32,000 nucleotides of DNA from Candidatus Hadarchaeales archaeon (GTDB lineage Archaea > Hadarchaeota > Hadarchaeia > Hadarchaeales > Hadarchaeaceae). A program made the translations under genes and the position numbers. Of this stretch, positions 1 to 9,576 are shown in pieces. Each line of letters begins with the position of its first letter. Positions within the stretch are counted from its first letter, which is position 1. The stretch covers positions 330,001-362,000 of the forward strand of contig JAWBCC010000001.1 of NCBI GenBank assembly GCA_038823825.1, written 5' to 3'. Under the pieces are notes generated by a model, which saw nothing but the letters and a program-made list of their open reading frames with translations, was not told where the DNA came from and searched no databases.

Positions 1-1083
<1,083 letters not shown>

Positions 1084-1091
<8 letters not shown>

Positions 1092-2142
1092 CGAGAAGAA
1101 TGTTCACAATTTCTTCCGGCTTGAATTCGATAATGTCATCGTAGCTTTGTCCAGTACCCAGAAAGATGATCGGCTTTCCAGTGACATATGCGACGGAAAG
1201 AGCAGCCCCTCCTCTCGCATCTGCATCCATCTTACAAAGTATCGATCCGCTTATGCCCACTGCTTCATTGAAAGATTTCGCCTGCTCTACTGCATCATTG
1301 CCGGCCAATGCGTCACCAACGAAAATTACAGCATCGGGTTTGCTAATTCTGACTATCTTCTTCATTTCGTCCATCAGATTTACATCAGTTTGCATTCTCC
1401 CCGCCGTGTCTACGAGAACGACGTCGTATCCATTTGCTTTTGCATGCTGTATTGCATCGTAGGCTACTGCCGCAGCATCAGCTCCTCTGCGTTGTTTTAC
1501 TACCGGGATTTGCAGTCTTTGAGCATGAATCTCAATCTGTTCAATCCCTGCGGCTCTAAACGTGTCTGCGGCAGCTAGCACTACCTTAAATCCTCTATCT
1601 TTCAAGAATTTTCCGAGCTTGGCAATCGTAGTGGTTTTTCCGGTGCCGTTTATTCCAACGAAAACTATGACGGCCGGATTTCCAGTTTTCCTCTTTTCCT
1701 TGATCAATTCGAGTAGATCTAGCTTTTCCTTAGGAGTCAACACTTCCAACAAAATTTTTCTAAGAATTTCTGTCACGACTTTTTTTGGATCTTCGTCGGC
1801 CTTGATCTTCTTTTCGGCAAGTTCACTTTTTAATTTCTCGGTAACGTAAGCTACTACCGGGAGAGCGACATCGCTCTCGAGCAGAGAAACCTCAAGGTCC
1901 CATATTATGTCTTCCAGATCTTCTGGTGAGAGTTTGCGAAAGATTATTTTCTTGATTGCTCTTCTTACCGTTCTTTTTGGCTTTTCCGGCGGAGGCGGAA
2001 CAATTTCTCTTTGAATTTGTGGTTTTTTGATTTCTGGTTTTTCTTCTTCTTCGACTTCCTCTACCTCTTCCCTTCCTCTTTTGATTTTCTCGCTTATTTT
2101 TTCCTTAACCTTTTTCAGTTTTTCCTTAAGTTTTCCGAACAT
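1084..2142 (-). CDS. ftsY: Signal recognition particle receptor FtsY
   Basis: 352 aa; charged N-terminus, GINGTGKTTTIAKLG P-loop, DTAGRMQTD, KMDADARGG, GTGQSYDD. Confidence 0.96.
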
Positions 2143-2144
2143 CT

Positions 2145-2585
2145 TCAGATTTCCTTCTGTTTTTCTCGCATTAAACGCTCTACTTCGGGCGCGAGTACTC
2201 TAATCTTCTCCTCTACCTTAGCTAAGCTTTCTTGCAAGTTTTGCAATGTTTCATCGATTTCTTTTATGCGATTCTCCAAAATCTGTTGGGCCTCGACCGG
2301 TGTTCTCTCGATCACAACATTGGCACCTATTCCCACCAGCACATGATCGGTAGAATCAAGTCTCGTTTTTACAAACAGACCAGAACCCGCAGGCACTAGA
2401 ACTTGGTCACCTTCTTTCATTTTCTTCATTTCTTGCAGAAAATTAAGCGTCATAGATAGTTCTGAACGTACATTGGTCAATTCCGCTATTTGCTGTTGCA
2501 AGATTCTTGCCATTTCTCGATAACTGCTCAGTTGAGAAAAAGCATCTCTCAATTTTTCCTCCTTTTCCATGATGTCATCCCCCAA
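2145..2585 (-). CDS. pfdA: Prefoldin subunit alpha
   Basis: 146 aa coiled-coil protein with central LVPAGSGLFVKTRL...HVLVGIGANVVIE; archaeal context between LX and ftsY. Confidence 0.88.
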   Translation of the reverse strand: MGDDIMEKEEKLRDAFSQLSSYREMARILQQQIAELTNVRSELSMTLNFLQEMKKMKEGDQVLVPAGSGLFVKTRLDSTDHVLVGIGANVVIERTPVEAQQILENRIKEIDETLQNLQESLAKVEEKIRVLAPEVERLMREKQKEI

Positions 2586-2805
2586 GCATAAGTTTAATTC
2601 TCTGATCTCTTACTTCTTCCGGAGAAATCTCCTCGATTTTTTCTATTTTGATCATACATCTTTTGACCCCATGTTTGCTTCCGATATCTGAAAGTACTTT
2701 TTCCAGAACTTGACGCTCCGAGAAACCAATGATCTCTTTTCTAAACTTCTGCTTCCATAACCCCTGTTTGAAACTTCCTTCAATCCTGAAGATTCTTTTC
2801 CTCAT
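2575..2805 (-). CDS. rplX: Ribosomal protein L18a/LX (L20e) family
   Basis: 76 aa; FRIEGSFKQG...KFRKEIIGFSERQVLEKVLSDIGSKHGVKR...IEEI; conserved position between aIF6 and prefoldin. Confidence 0.85.
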   Translation of the reverse strand: MRKRIFRIEGSFKQGLWKQKFRKEIIGFSERQVLEKVLSDIGSKHGVKRCMIKIEKIEEISPEEVRDQRIKLMLGG

Positions 2806-3464
2806 TCCATCAACCCCAGTGAACTTTCTATTCTACCAAGCTCCGGTCCGGTTGTGGTGCTTCCTGTTACCGCTCCTCGAGAATTCGCTATTATACATAT
2901 GCCCAAAAAGCTTACGCCTCCGCAGGCAGTTCCGACGTCGGCGGGAACCTGTAATGTCTTCTCGATGATTTTCATCTCTTCTTCCTTAACTTCAGGATGT
3001 AAAAGAACGCCCTTGTTAGTTGCCACTCCAAGTGAACCCACGTACGGTCTGCCAGCAATCGTGCTCTTAACTACTTTAACTTGAAGCGCTTTTTCAAGAA
3101 GCTTCACGGTTTTATCTGGAAACTCCGGACTGACAATTGCTCCATAATCATTTGCTAAAACAAGATTTCCAAAACTGGTGAGTTTTCCCGGAATGTGGTG
3201 CAATTCTACACCCACTTCTCTTATTTTTTCCTCCTCTTCAAGCTCAAAAAATTCTGAGCAAACTATTGCGTTTGAGTTTCCGGCCAATAAAATTCCCAGA
3301 AGTGGGCTTTTTGAAATTAAAGTGTACACGGCCGGTACACCAAGTATACTGGATTCATCTGGGTGAAGGTGTACATTTTTCGGGAAAAGCACGATTTTAT
3401 CATTACAGAAGGCATATGCACCAATAAAGGGAATCCTATTTATATCCATTCTTCTTACGGGCAT
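2802..3464 (-). CDS. eif6: Translation initiation factor aIF6
   Basis: 220 aa; repeated penteine-type segments (NSNAIVCS, NDYGAIVSPE, ATNKGVLLHP, NSRGAVTGSTTTGPEL). Actual start may be the internal Met of MDINRIPFIG. Confidence 0.93.
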   Translation of the reverse strand: MPVRRMDINRIPFIGAYAFCNDKIVLFPKNVHLHPDESSILGVPAVYTLISKSPLLGILLAGNSNAIVCSEFFELEEEEKIREVGVELHHIPGKLTSFGNLVLANDYGAIVSPEFPDKTVKLLEKALQVKVVKSTIAGRPYVGSLGVATNKGVLLHPEVKEEEMKIIEKTLQVPADVGTACGGVSFLGICIIANSRGAVTGSTTTGPELGRIESSLGLME

Positions 3465-3472
3465 GTAAATAC

Positions 3473-3724
3473 CTACTCTGCCGAGAATACCTTGACAGTT
3501 CCATCATCTTCTTTGACAACCTTGATACGAACTCTGGTTGGTGGCTTTCTGGCTCCTCTTCCCCAGATCATCTCATTCAGCTTAGGGTCTATGAAGATTT
3601 TCTCAGACTTTACATGTTTTTTTACAAAATTTTTCAGAAGAGCCACTGCCCTTTTTGACCTAGCATATCTCGGAGCCTCTCTAGCCTTAGAAAGAGGCAC
3701 AACATATATTCTTTCTTCAGGCAT
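3473..3724 (-). CDS. rpl31e: Ribosomal protein L31e
   Basis: 83 aa; ERIYVVPLSKAREAPRYARSKRAVALLKNFVKKHVK...IDPKLNEMIWGRGARKPPTRVRIKV. Confidence 0.93.
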   Translation of the reverse strand: MPEERIYVVPLSKAREAPRYARSKRAVALLKNFVKKHVKSEKIFIDPKLNEMIWGRGARKPPTRVRIKVVKEDDGTVKVFSAE

Positions 3725-3734
3725 CCTCTCCTCC

Positions 3735-3890
3735 TCACGGTTTTATTCTCTGTCTTCTCCAGCTCCGCTGTTTAATAGAACCACGAATTTTTCCTCTGGT
3801 TTTTATTATTACCCACATTGGTGCTCGTCTAGTCCTTTTTCCAGCTCTGATGAGTCTCCTTTTCAGTGGTGCGGGCTTATTTTTCGCCAT
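3735..3890 (-). CDS. rpl39e: Ribosomal protein L39e (51 aa, absent from the supplied ORF track)
   Basis: Reverse-complement translation from ATG at 3890: MAKNKPAPLKRRLIRAGKRTRRAPMWVIIKTRGKIRGSIKQRSWRRQRIKP*; matches the L39e pattern (NKP..K.RL.KA.K..RR.P.WVI.KT...RRWRR..IK). Confidence 0.93.
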   Translation of the reverse strand: MAKNKPAPLKRRLIRAGKRTRRAPMWVIIKTRGKIRGSIKQRSWRRQRIKP

Positions 3891-3893
3891 TTC

Positions 3894-4229
3894 CTACAAC
3901 CTCCGAATTCTGATTTCTCTCCTTCTTTCTGCTAGTTTGCTAAGGATCGTTCTTAATTGCTCATCCGTTATTGGGGACACGATTTTGCCCGCCTGCGCCA
4001 GCTGAATCAGTTGCAGTTCTAACTGTTCAGCGAATTCCGGATGGGCGGTTTTCAAGTTTGCGAGTCGACTTCTCGCTTCTGGTGTGAGAATTTGCTGCAA
4101 AATCTGTCGCTTCTGAATTTCAAATTGTTTTCTCAATTCTTCTTGCCTTCTCTGTTCTTCCAACCTAGCCTGCATCTCCATCAGCTTTCTTCTCCGCAGT
4201 TCCTCAAGCTCCTCGTCCACCTTCCTCAC
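3894..4229 (-). CDS. DNA-binding protein, PDCD5 family
   Basis: 111 aa; EELRRRKLMEMQARLEEQRRQEE...ILTPEARSRLANLKTAHPEFAEQLELQLIQLAQAGKI...ITDEQLRTIL. Confidence 0.93.
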   Translation of the reverse strand: MRKVDEELEELRRRKLMEMQARLEEQRRQEELRKQFEIQKRQILQQILTPEARSRLANLKTAHPEFAEQLELQLIQLAQAGKIVSPITDEQLRTILSKLAERRREIRIRRL

Positions 4230-4656
4230 CCCTTGACAAAATTTCTTCTGCTAGTCTTTCAAGTAGCTCAACGCCAGTTTTGGACGGTTTTCTTCCTTTT
4301 TTATCTACTTTTACAATAAGACCCGCCCGTTCAAGTTGTTGGAGGATGGTTCTTATGATTTTTCCTCCTCCTTTTTTAAATTTCTCCGGACTCTGTCCCC
4401 TTCTTTGTCTTCCCCCATATATCGTTCGAAGCCTAGAAACCCCTATTGGACCTTTTAAATAGATTTTTCTGAGTATCGATGCTGCTCTGATGTACCACCA
4501 GTCCGGTTGCATGGGAGGACGCTCTGCATGTACTCCGGTTTTTACAAAATAACTCCAGTGTGGTGGTTCCAGCTCCTTATACTTTTTAAGCTCTTCTTTT
4601 AGCCTGTCTATCATCACAGACGCCTTTACCTGTTCGACTTTCATACGAGATACCAC
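4204..4656 (-). CDS. rps19e: Ribosomal protein S19e
   Basis: 150 aa; PPHWSYFVKTGVHAERPPMQPDWWYIRAASILRKIYLKGPIGVSRLRTIYGGRQRRGQSPEKF. Confidence 0.95.
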   Translation of the reverse strand: MVSRMKVEQVKASVMIDRLKEELKKYKELEPPHWSYFVKTGVHAERPPMQPDWWYIRAASILRKIYLKGPIGVSRLRTIYGGRQRRGQSPEKFKKGGGKIIRTILQQLERAGLIVKVDKKGRKPSKTGVELLERLAEEILSRGEEGGRGA

Positions 4657-4675
4657 CTTATTTCTTTAGCGTATG

Positions 4676-4990
4676 TTATTTAATCTTCTCTTTTACTTTT
4701 TGCTGTTTAAAGGGTATCCGATACACTCTTCCACATGATAGACAACTCCAAATGATTATGCCCCTTTTTATTCTGACTCTAACGGTTTTTCCGGGAATCC
4801 AAATAGAAAAGCATTTTTTGCAGAATCTTCTCTTTAAAATTTTTGAAAATCTGATGGTGTATCTGGTCTTGATTTTCCATGCCAATTGCACGTATCTTTC
4901 GGCCAGCTGAGGATTGCTCTCATAGATTTCTTCCGCTAAGTCCAGAAGCCTTTCTATTCTTTCTAGAGCAATTTTTTTCCATTTGTTCAT
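4676..4990 (-). CDS. rnp4: RNase P protein component 4 (Rpp21/Rnp4)
   Basis: 104 aa; LAERYVQLAWKIKTRYTIRFSKILKRRFCKKCFSIWIPGKTVRVRI...CLSCGRVYRIPF; zinc-ribbon CxxC pair, partner of S19e in archaeal clusters. Confidence 0.88.
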   Translation of the reverse strand: MNKWKKIALERIERLLDLAEEIYESNPQLAERYVQLAWKIKTRYTIRFSKILKRRFCKKCFSIWIPGKTVRVRIKRGIIIWSCLSCGRVYRIPFKQQKVKEKIK

Positions 4991-5664
4991 AAGATTCCCA
5001 TCTTCTGCTCAAAGGCGGTGATCACTCGTGATACAACAGTTGAGGCAGTAAGTGGTTTTTCGTAAATGCTTACAAGTTCCGCGTTAAGCGATTCGATATT
5101 CGTTAAGAAATCTCCATGAGGGAAACCACCCACTATAACGCACACGTCTTCGCTTTTTTCAAAATCTTTGAAAACTTCGGAAATCTTTTTTCTCCTACCT
5201 TTTTCAGTCATCACTATCTTGTGTTCAGAACGAAACTCGTTCAAAAGACTTCTAAGAGAGCCATTCTCAAGGATTAAAAGAGGGTGTTCTGGAGGCACTC
5301 GCCCTGTGAGAAAAAGCTGTTCCATCAAACCCTCGAACCTGTTGTACATCCGGGGAAGATTAACAGTTGGATCTACTGTTATGATTTTGTCTTGTCTTGT
5401 GTGCACATAAACCCTTAACAAGCCTTCCATATTCAGCGGAGAATCCAAAGCGGTTAGAAGGCAGAAATGAACGATGTCTGGCCTCCCTCTTCTCTCATAG
5501 TCTGGTAATTTACGCATTGCCTGATAATGTAAGCTTGAGTTGAGGATGATTTCTGTGGGTTTTCTACCCTTCTTCCTCGCATACCAAGTAATTACTTTAT
5601 GTTTGGCTATTTCTGGTGGAACGGTTTCCAGCTCTGCGTCCGCGATTATCAAGTGAAGCATCAT
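4987..5664 (-). CDS. nep1: SPOUT-class rRNA pseudouridine methyltransferase Nep1/Emg1
   Basis: 225 aa; LIIADAELETVPPEI, DIVHFCLLTALDSPLN, VYVHTRQDKIITVDPTVNLPRMYNRFEGLMEQLF, VGGFPHGDF. Confidence 0.93.
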   Translation of the reverse strand: MMLHLIIADAELETVPPEIAKHKVITWYARKKGRKPTEIILNSSLHYQAMRKLPDYERRGRPDIVHFCLLTALDSPLNMEGLLRVYVHTRQDKIITVDPTVNLPRMYNRFEGLMEQLFLTGRVPPEHPLLILENGSLRSLLNEFRSEHKIVMTEKGRRKKISEVFKDFEKSEDVCVIVGGFPHGDFLTNIESLNAELVSIYEKPLTASTVVSRVITAFEQKMGIL

Positions 5665-5721
5665 TTTCTATCTTATGTTTTTTCATAAATAGCAGAATTG
5701 CAGAAGATATGATGTGGGAAA

Positions 5722-7353
5722 TTGAGACTAGGCCTTTATGATGATAGTGGAGAGCTACTTCCTCGCGTATATTCTTCTGGCAAAACACAGCTAGACGCAA
5801 TAGAGGAAATTTTAGAGGCATTTGAAAGCTCAGACATAGTTTTCTTCAAGGGCGTTGTAGGTAGCGGAAAATCAGTTGTAGGAATAAGAACTGCGTTGGA
5901 ATTTGGTAAGGGCGTAGTTTCTGTACCAACAAAAGTGCTCTCAGATCAATACGCACGCAGTTATGAGAAGGAAAAGTATTTCGTGAAATTCAACGGTTCA
6001 AGGGCAAAGCTGGGTGTTATGAAGGGAAGAAGAAATTTTCCTTGTCTTTACTTGCAGGATAAAGGCCATGATGGAACCGCTGCGTCGAGGACAATACCGT
6101 GTCGAAGGCCTCTGAAAAAATCTGCCGGCGAGAGACGATTAGATGCTTTAAAGGACTGCCGTCACTGGGGATTTCTATTTCCGAAATCTTACGGAAGTAA
6201 AATAGAAGATGCGGAAAAATTGCCATATATCGGAGTAGGTGGGGAATGGTTACTCTGTTTAAAGGGAGAATGCCCTTACTGGAAACAATTCACGGCTTAT
6301 GTGGATGCTGACGTCACGATAATGAATTCCGCCAAATGGATGGCCGAAGTCATGATTGGTAGGATTCCAAAGGTCCCAATAACTGTGGTTGATGAGGCCG
6401 ATGAATGGTTAGATTCACTCGCTCTGAAAACCGTTATATCAGAAAGGCATGTGGAAAAAATTGCAGATTTTTTACGTGATCAGAAGGAATTTAAAAAAGA
6501 GTTAGAAAGTTTTTGGAACGAGGTTTTGAAAGGCAATACCGATCCGATTGAGTTTGCGATATTTTTCGCGGGGCTTTTGGAGGAGCTCGACGAGACTGGG
6601 GACGAACTTCTTTGGAAATTGAAAGCGGTGGTTGAGCATGAGGAATGGGTTGAGTGCGAGAAAAGGGAAAATTCTCTCCTATTTTTAGTTCCAGATCCAA
6701 GACCAGTTTTTAGAAAAATATTTGAGAAGCTAAAATGCCGGTGGTTGCTTATGAGTGCGACGATACAATCGAGCAGCGTTTTGAGAGAAATCTTCGGAAT
6801 AGAGCCGATCATAGTTGAGGGAGAAACAAAATTTCCAGGTACTCTAATACGAAGAAAATCGGGTCATGAAGTTGTTGTTCGGCACGAAAATTGGACGAAA
6901 GAGGAATTTCGTGAAGCATATTGGAGATGCTTATACAAGATATTCGAACTGGCAGAGAAGCCGGCATTCGTCCCAGTACATGCTTTTAAGTATCTCCCAA
7001 TCGAGCTATTCGAGAAATTGAAAACTTCTTCAGACGATATGGTTGAATTAGAAAACATTTTTCTTTCCTCTAAAATGGACAGAGGAGCCGATCTAAAGGG
7101 CATGAAAAGCATAATACTTTTGAAGTTTCCTTTTCCCGAAGTTGAAGATCCACTCTTAAAAGGAATGAAAAAACGATTGGGAGATAAAGCATTCTGGTTG
7201 TACTATCGTGACATGGCGGACAGGAGCTTCATCCAGCAAATAGGGAGAGTACTTAGGTCACCGCACGACAAAGCAGAGTTCTGGAGTCCAGATCTCATTT
7301 GTCATGAAATGCTCCGAAGAGTCTGGAAAGGCGAAATAATCGAAAAGGGATGA
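5722..7353 (+). CDS. XPD/DinG-type superfamily 2 DNA helicase with probable 4Fe-4S cluster
   Basis: 543 aa from TTG; Walker A (FFKGVVGSGKSVVGIRTA), DEAD box (VVDEADEWLD), MSATIQSSS, QQIGRVLRSPHDKA (motif VI), and cysteines in the arrangement GRRNFPC...IPC...DCRHW...LLCLKGECPYW. Confidence 0.85.
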   Translation: MRLGLYDDSGELLPRVYSSGKTQLDAIEEILEAFESSDIVFFKGVVGSGKSVVGIRTALEFGKGVVSVPTKVLSDQYARSYEKEKYFVKFNGSRAKLGVMKGRRNFPCLYLQDKGHDGTAASRTIPCRRPLKKSAGERRLDALKDCRHWGFLFPKSYGSKIEDAEKLPYIGVGGEWLLCLKGECPYWKQFTAYVDADVTIMNSAKWMAEVMIGRIPKVPITVVDEADEWLDSLALKTVISERHVEKIADFLRDQKEFKKELESFWNEVLKGNTDPIEFAIFFAGLLEELDETGDELLWKLKAVVEHEEWVECEKRENSLLFLVPDPRPVFRKIFEKLKCRWLLMSATIQSSSVLREIFGIEPIIVEGETKFPGTLIRRKSGHEVVVRHENWTKEEFREAYWRCLYKIFELAEKPAFVPVHAFKYLPIELFEKLKTSSDDMVELENIFLSSKMDRGADLKGMKSIILLKFPFPEVEDPLLKGMKKRLGDKAFWLYYRDMADRSFIQQIGRVLRSPHDKAEFWSPDLICHEMLRRVWKGEIIEKG

Positions 7354-7398
7354 CAGCAGATATAAAAAGATGAGACTTCCTCTAATTAAGATAAACAT

Positions 7399-9576
7399 AT
7401 GGTTGAGATAAAAATATCTGGACCATTGCGCGTGGCATGTTTTAACGAATTTAAGGATTCCTCTTTAGATGATGCCGAATGCAGAAGGAAGGTAATTGAA
7501 GAATTGCAAAAAGAGGCCGATGTCCACAGAGTCCTTCTCGATGGTCCAATCGTACGAGTGTATCTTTCTGAAAAAATCCACAAAATAGCTAGAGCAATCG
7601 CCATTGCGAAAAGATTAGCGTTGGATGACCTTTCCTATAGCAAGTATGATGAGAAAAAATGTAACGAGTGCATACAAAAGAGAAAAGAGGCTATCCTGAA
7701 GATCTTGGAAGACCTGCCTAAAGAGCCTCTTCTCTTTAAAAAACTTGTGAATCCCGAAAAACGAGCGACGAAGAAAGATAATAAATGCGTTAAGTGCGCC
7801 TCGGTCGCACGAGAAAATTTGTTTTCTGAAATCATTTCTCTTTTCGAAGATTTCACAAGCGGAAAAAGCTACGCTGAAATCTTCTGCGAAAGAAAGAAGC
7901 CATTCTTTGTTGATGGTATATGGAATCCACCGCCAGAAGGTTCTAAACTGGTGGATGAATATGAGCTGAGAAACAAAAGAGGGCTTGTTAGAATTTGGGA
8001 AAGGAAAGACTCACCAGTCCTTTTTTACGAACTGGATCTGCCGGAATTTCACATACCTAAGGAAGAACTAGAACTTTTGTATTCGGCCTTTAATGTTCAA
8101 TTCGACGAACCTCCTCCCCATGCTAAATTTTCTTTTCATGACATTGCACACACATTCACCGAAGAGTGGTATGTTGCTCTGTTACACTCAATTCGGAGCA
8201 GAACCCATGAAATTTCTAGCAGACGGATACATGAACTATCAAAGATTCTTGCGTCGTGGATAACATACAGATTGCTGGAACCGTTCAGTTGTGATGATTA
8301 TCTCACAGACATTTACGTGCATGCTCCGCCAGAACTACAACCTCTAATGGTTGAGCATGAAAAATGGGGAAGACTGGAGACGGGGATTTATTGGGACACA
8401 CCATCTCTTCTTTCGCTCGGTGAGTCAATAGCTTCTCGTTTAGGAACCTCCTTTGACGAAGTCAGGCCACAGTTGGACGCGGAGATTCCCGAACTTGGCA
8501 TGAGAGTCTTCATAAGCAGAGATCCAGCAATATGGCCTAAAAGCGTCGAAATGTCAGTGAGAAAAAGAAGAGTTAAGCCATGGACACAGCCTCTTTTTAT
8601 TTTCCGTGGAACACTGAGTCCACTTGCGAGTGCTTTTCTTTCAAACGCTTTAAGAATCGGATGTAGCGCTTTTGTGATCGGAGAAATGGGTACGGCAAAA
8701 ACTTCACAGATAGAAACCTATATTCCAGAAATAGGTCTGCAGAACAGAATCGTGGTTTTTCAAGATACTCAAGAACTTCATATCGAGGATTTCATAGCGA
8801 ATGGTTATAGGATAAGCGACGTTAGAGCTCAAAATCCTGAACAGCTGGAGAAACAGATAAGAGCATTTTTACGAGGCGGGCAAAGTTATTGGCTAATCAC
8901 CGAAGTTAGATCTTCCGAAGCTGTTCGCTCAGTTCTTGGTGCTGCGGTTAGGCAAGGCTCGCAACCAGTGGTAGCTAGCTTTCATGCTAGAGAAAAAAGA
9001 GAAGCATTTGTCTTAGTAACTCACATAATGGGTCTCCATCCTGAAGCCTTTAAATACATAGATTTGATCATCAGCACTGCAAGATTTTCAACGCGTAGCG
9101 GAAACATCCGCAGGATAATCGAAATCGCAGAAGTTAGAAAAGACTGGAAGGAGAACCCGCTTTACGTCGAAATTTTTGGCGATGATAGACAAAACGACAT
9201 TTTGTTATCAAAGAATCTTTTCAGCGGACCAAAAAATCTCGTTTTTAAATGGAATTCAACAGATTTGTCAAAACTAGATTTGAAATCATCAGCAAGACTT
9301 TTGCGCTTCAAAGCTGCCGAAGAAGGTGGAAGCGATCTAATACCAAAATTATGCAAGAAACAAGGAATGGATCTTGATGAATTTCTTGTTAAAATTTTGG
9401 CTGAAGCCAAATTAAAATCATTTCTGTTGGTCTTATCTCAGAAATCGGGAAAAAATGAATATCTCGAGTTGCCATTTGTGACGAAGGCTTATGGTGTCTA
9501 CTTTTCCCTGCTCAGAAAATTGGAGAATCCAGTGATGGCTCTTGAGGAGTGGAAGAAATGGCTTCAGAAGAAATAA
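7399..9576 (+). CDS. Archaeal type II/IV secretion-pilus assembly ATPase (GspE/TadA/UpsE-like), divergent P-loop
   Basis: 725 aa; central domain YLTDIYVHAP...SRLGTSFDEVRPQLDAEIPELGMRVFI...FVIGEMGTAKTSQIETYIP...IVVFQDTQELH...YWLITEVRSSEA...VASFHAR; immediately followed by the cognate membrane protein. Confidence 0.85.
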   Translation: MVEIKISGPLRVACFNEFKDSSLDDAECRRKVIEELQKEADVHRVLLDGPIVRVYLSEKIHKIARAIAIAKRLALDDLSYSKYDEKKCNECIQKRKEAILKILEDLPKEPLLFKKLVNPEKRATKKDNKCVKCASVARENLFSEIISLFEDFTSGKSYAEIFCERKKPFFVDGIWNPPPEGSKLVDEYELRNKRGLVRIWERKDSPVLFYELDLPEFHIPKEELELLYSAFNVQFDEPPPHAKFSFHDIAHTFTEEWYVALLHSIRSRTHEISSRRIHELSKILASWITYRLLEPFSCDDYLTDIYVHAPPELQPLMVEHEKWGRLETGIYWDTPSLLSLGESIASRLGTSFDEVRPQLDAEIPELGMRVFISRDPAIWPKSVEMSVRKRRVKPWTQPLFIFRGTLSPLASAFLSNALRIGCSAFVIGEMGTAKTSQIETYIPEIGLQNRIVVFQDTQELHIEDFIANGYRISDVRAQNPEQLEKQIRAFLRGGQSYWLITEVRSSEAVRSVLGAAVRQGSQPVVASFHAREKREAFVLVTHIMGLHPEAFKYIDLIISTARFSTRSGNIRRIIEIAEVRKDWKENPLYVEIFGDDRQNDILLSKNLFSGPKNLVFKWNSTDLSKLDLKSSARLLRFKAAEEGGSDLIPKLCKKQGMDLDEFLVKILAEAKLKSFLLVLSQKSGKNEYLELPFVTKAYGVYFSLLRKLENPVMALEEWKKWLQKK

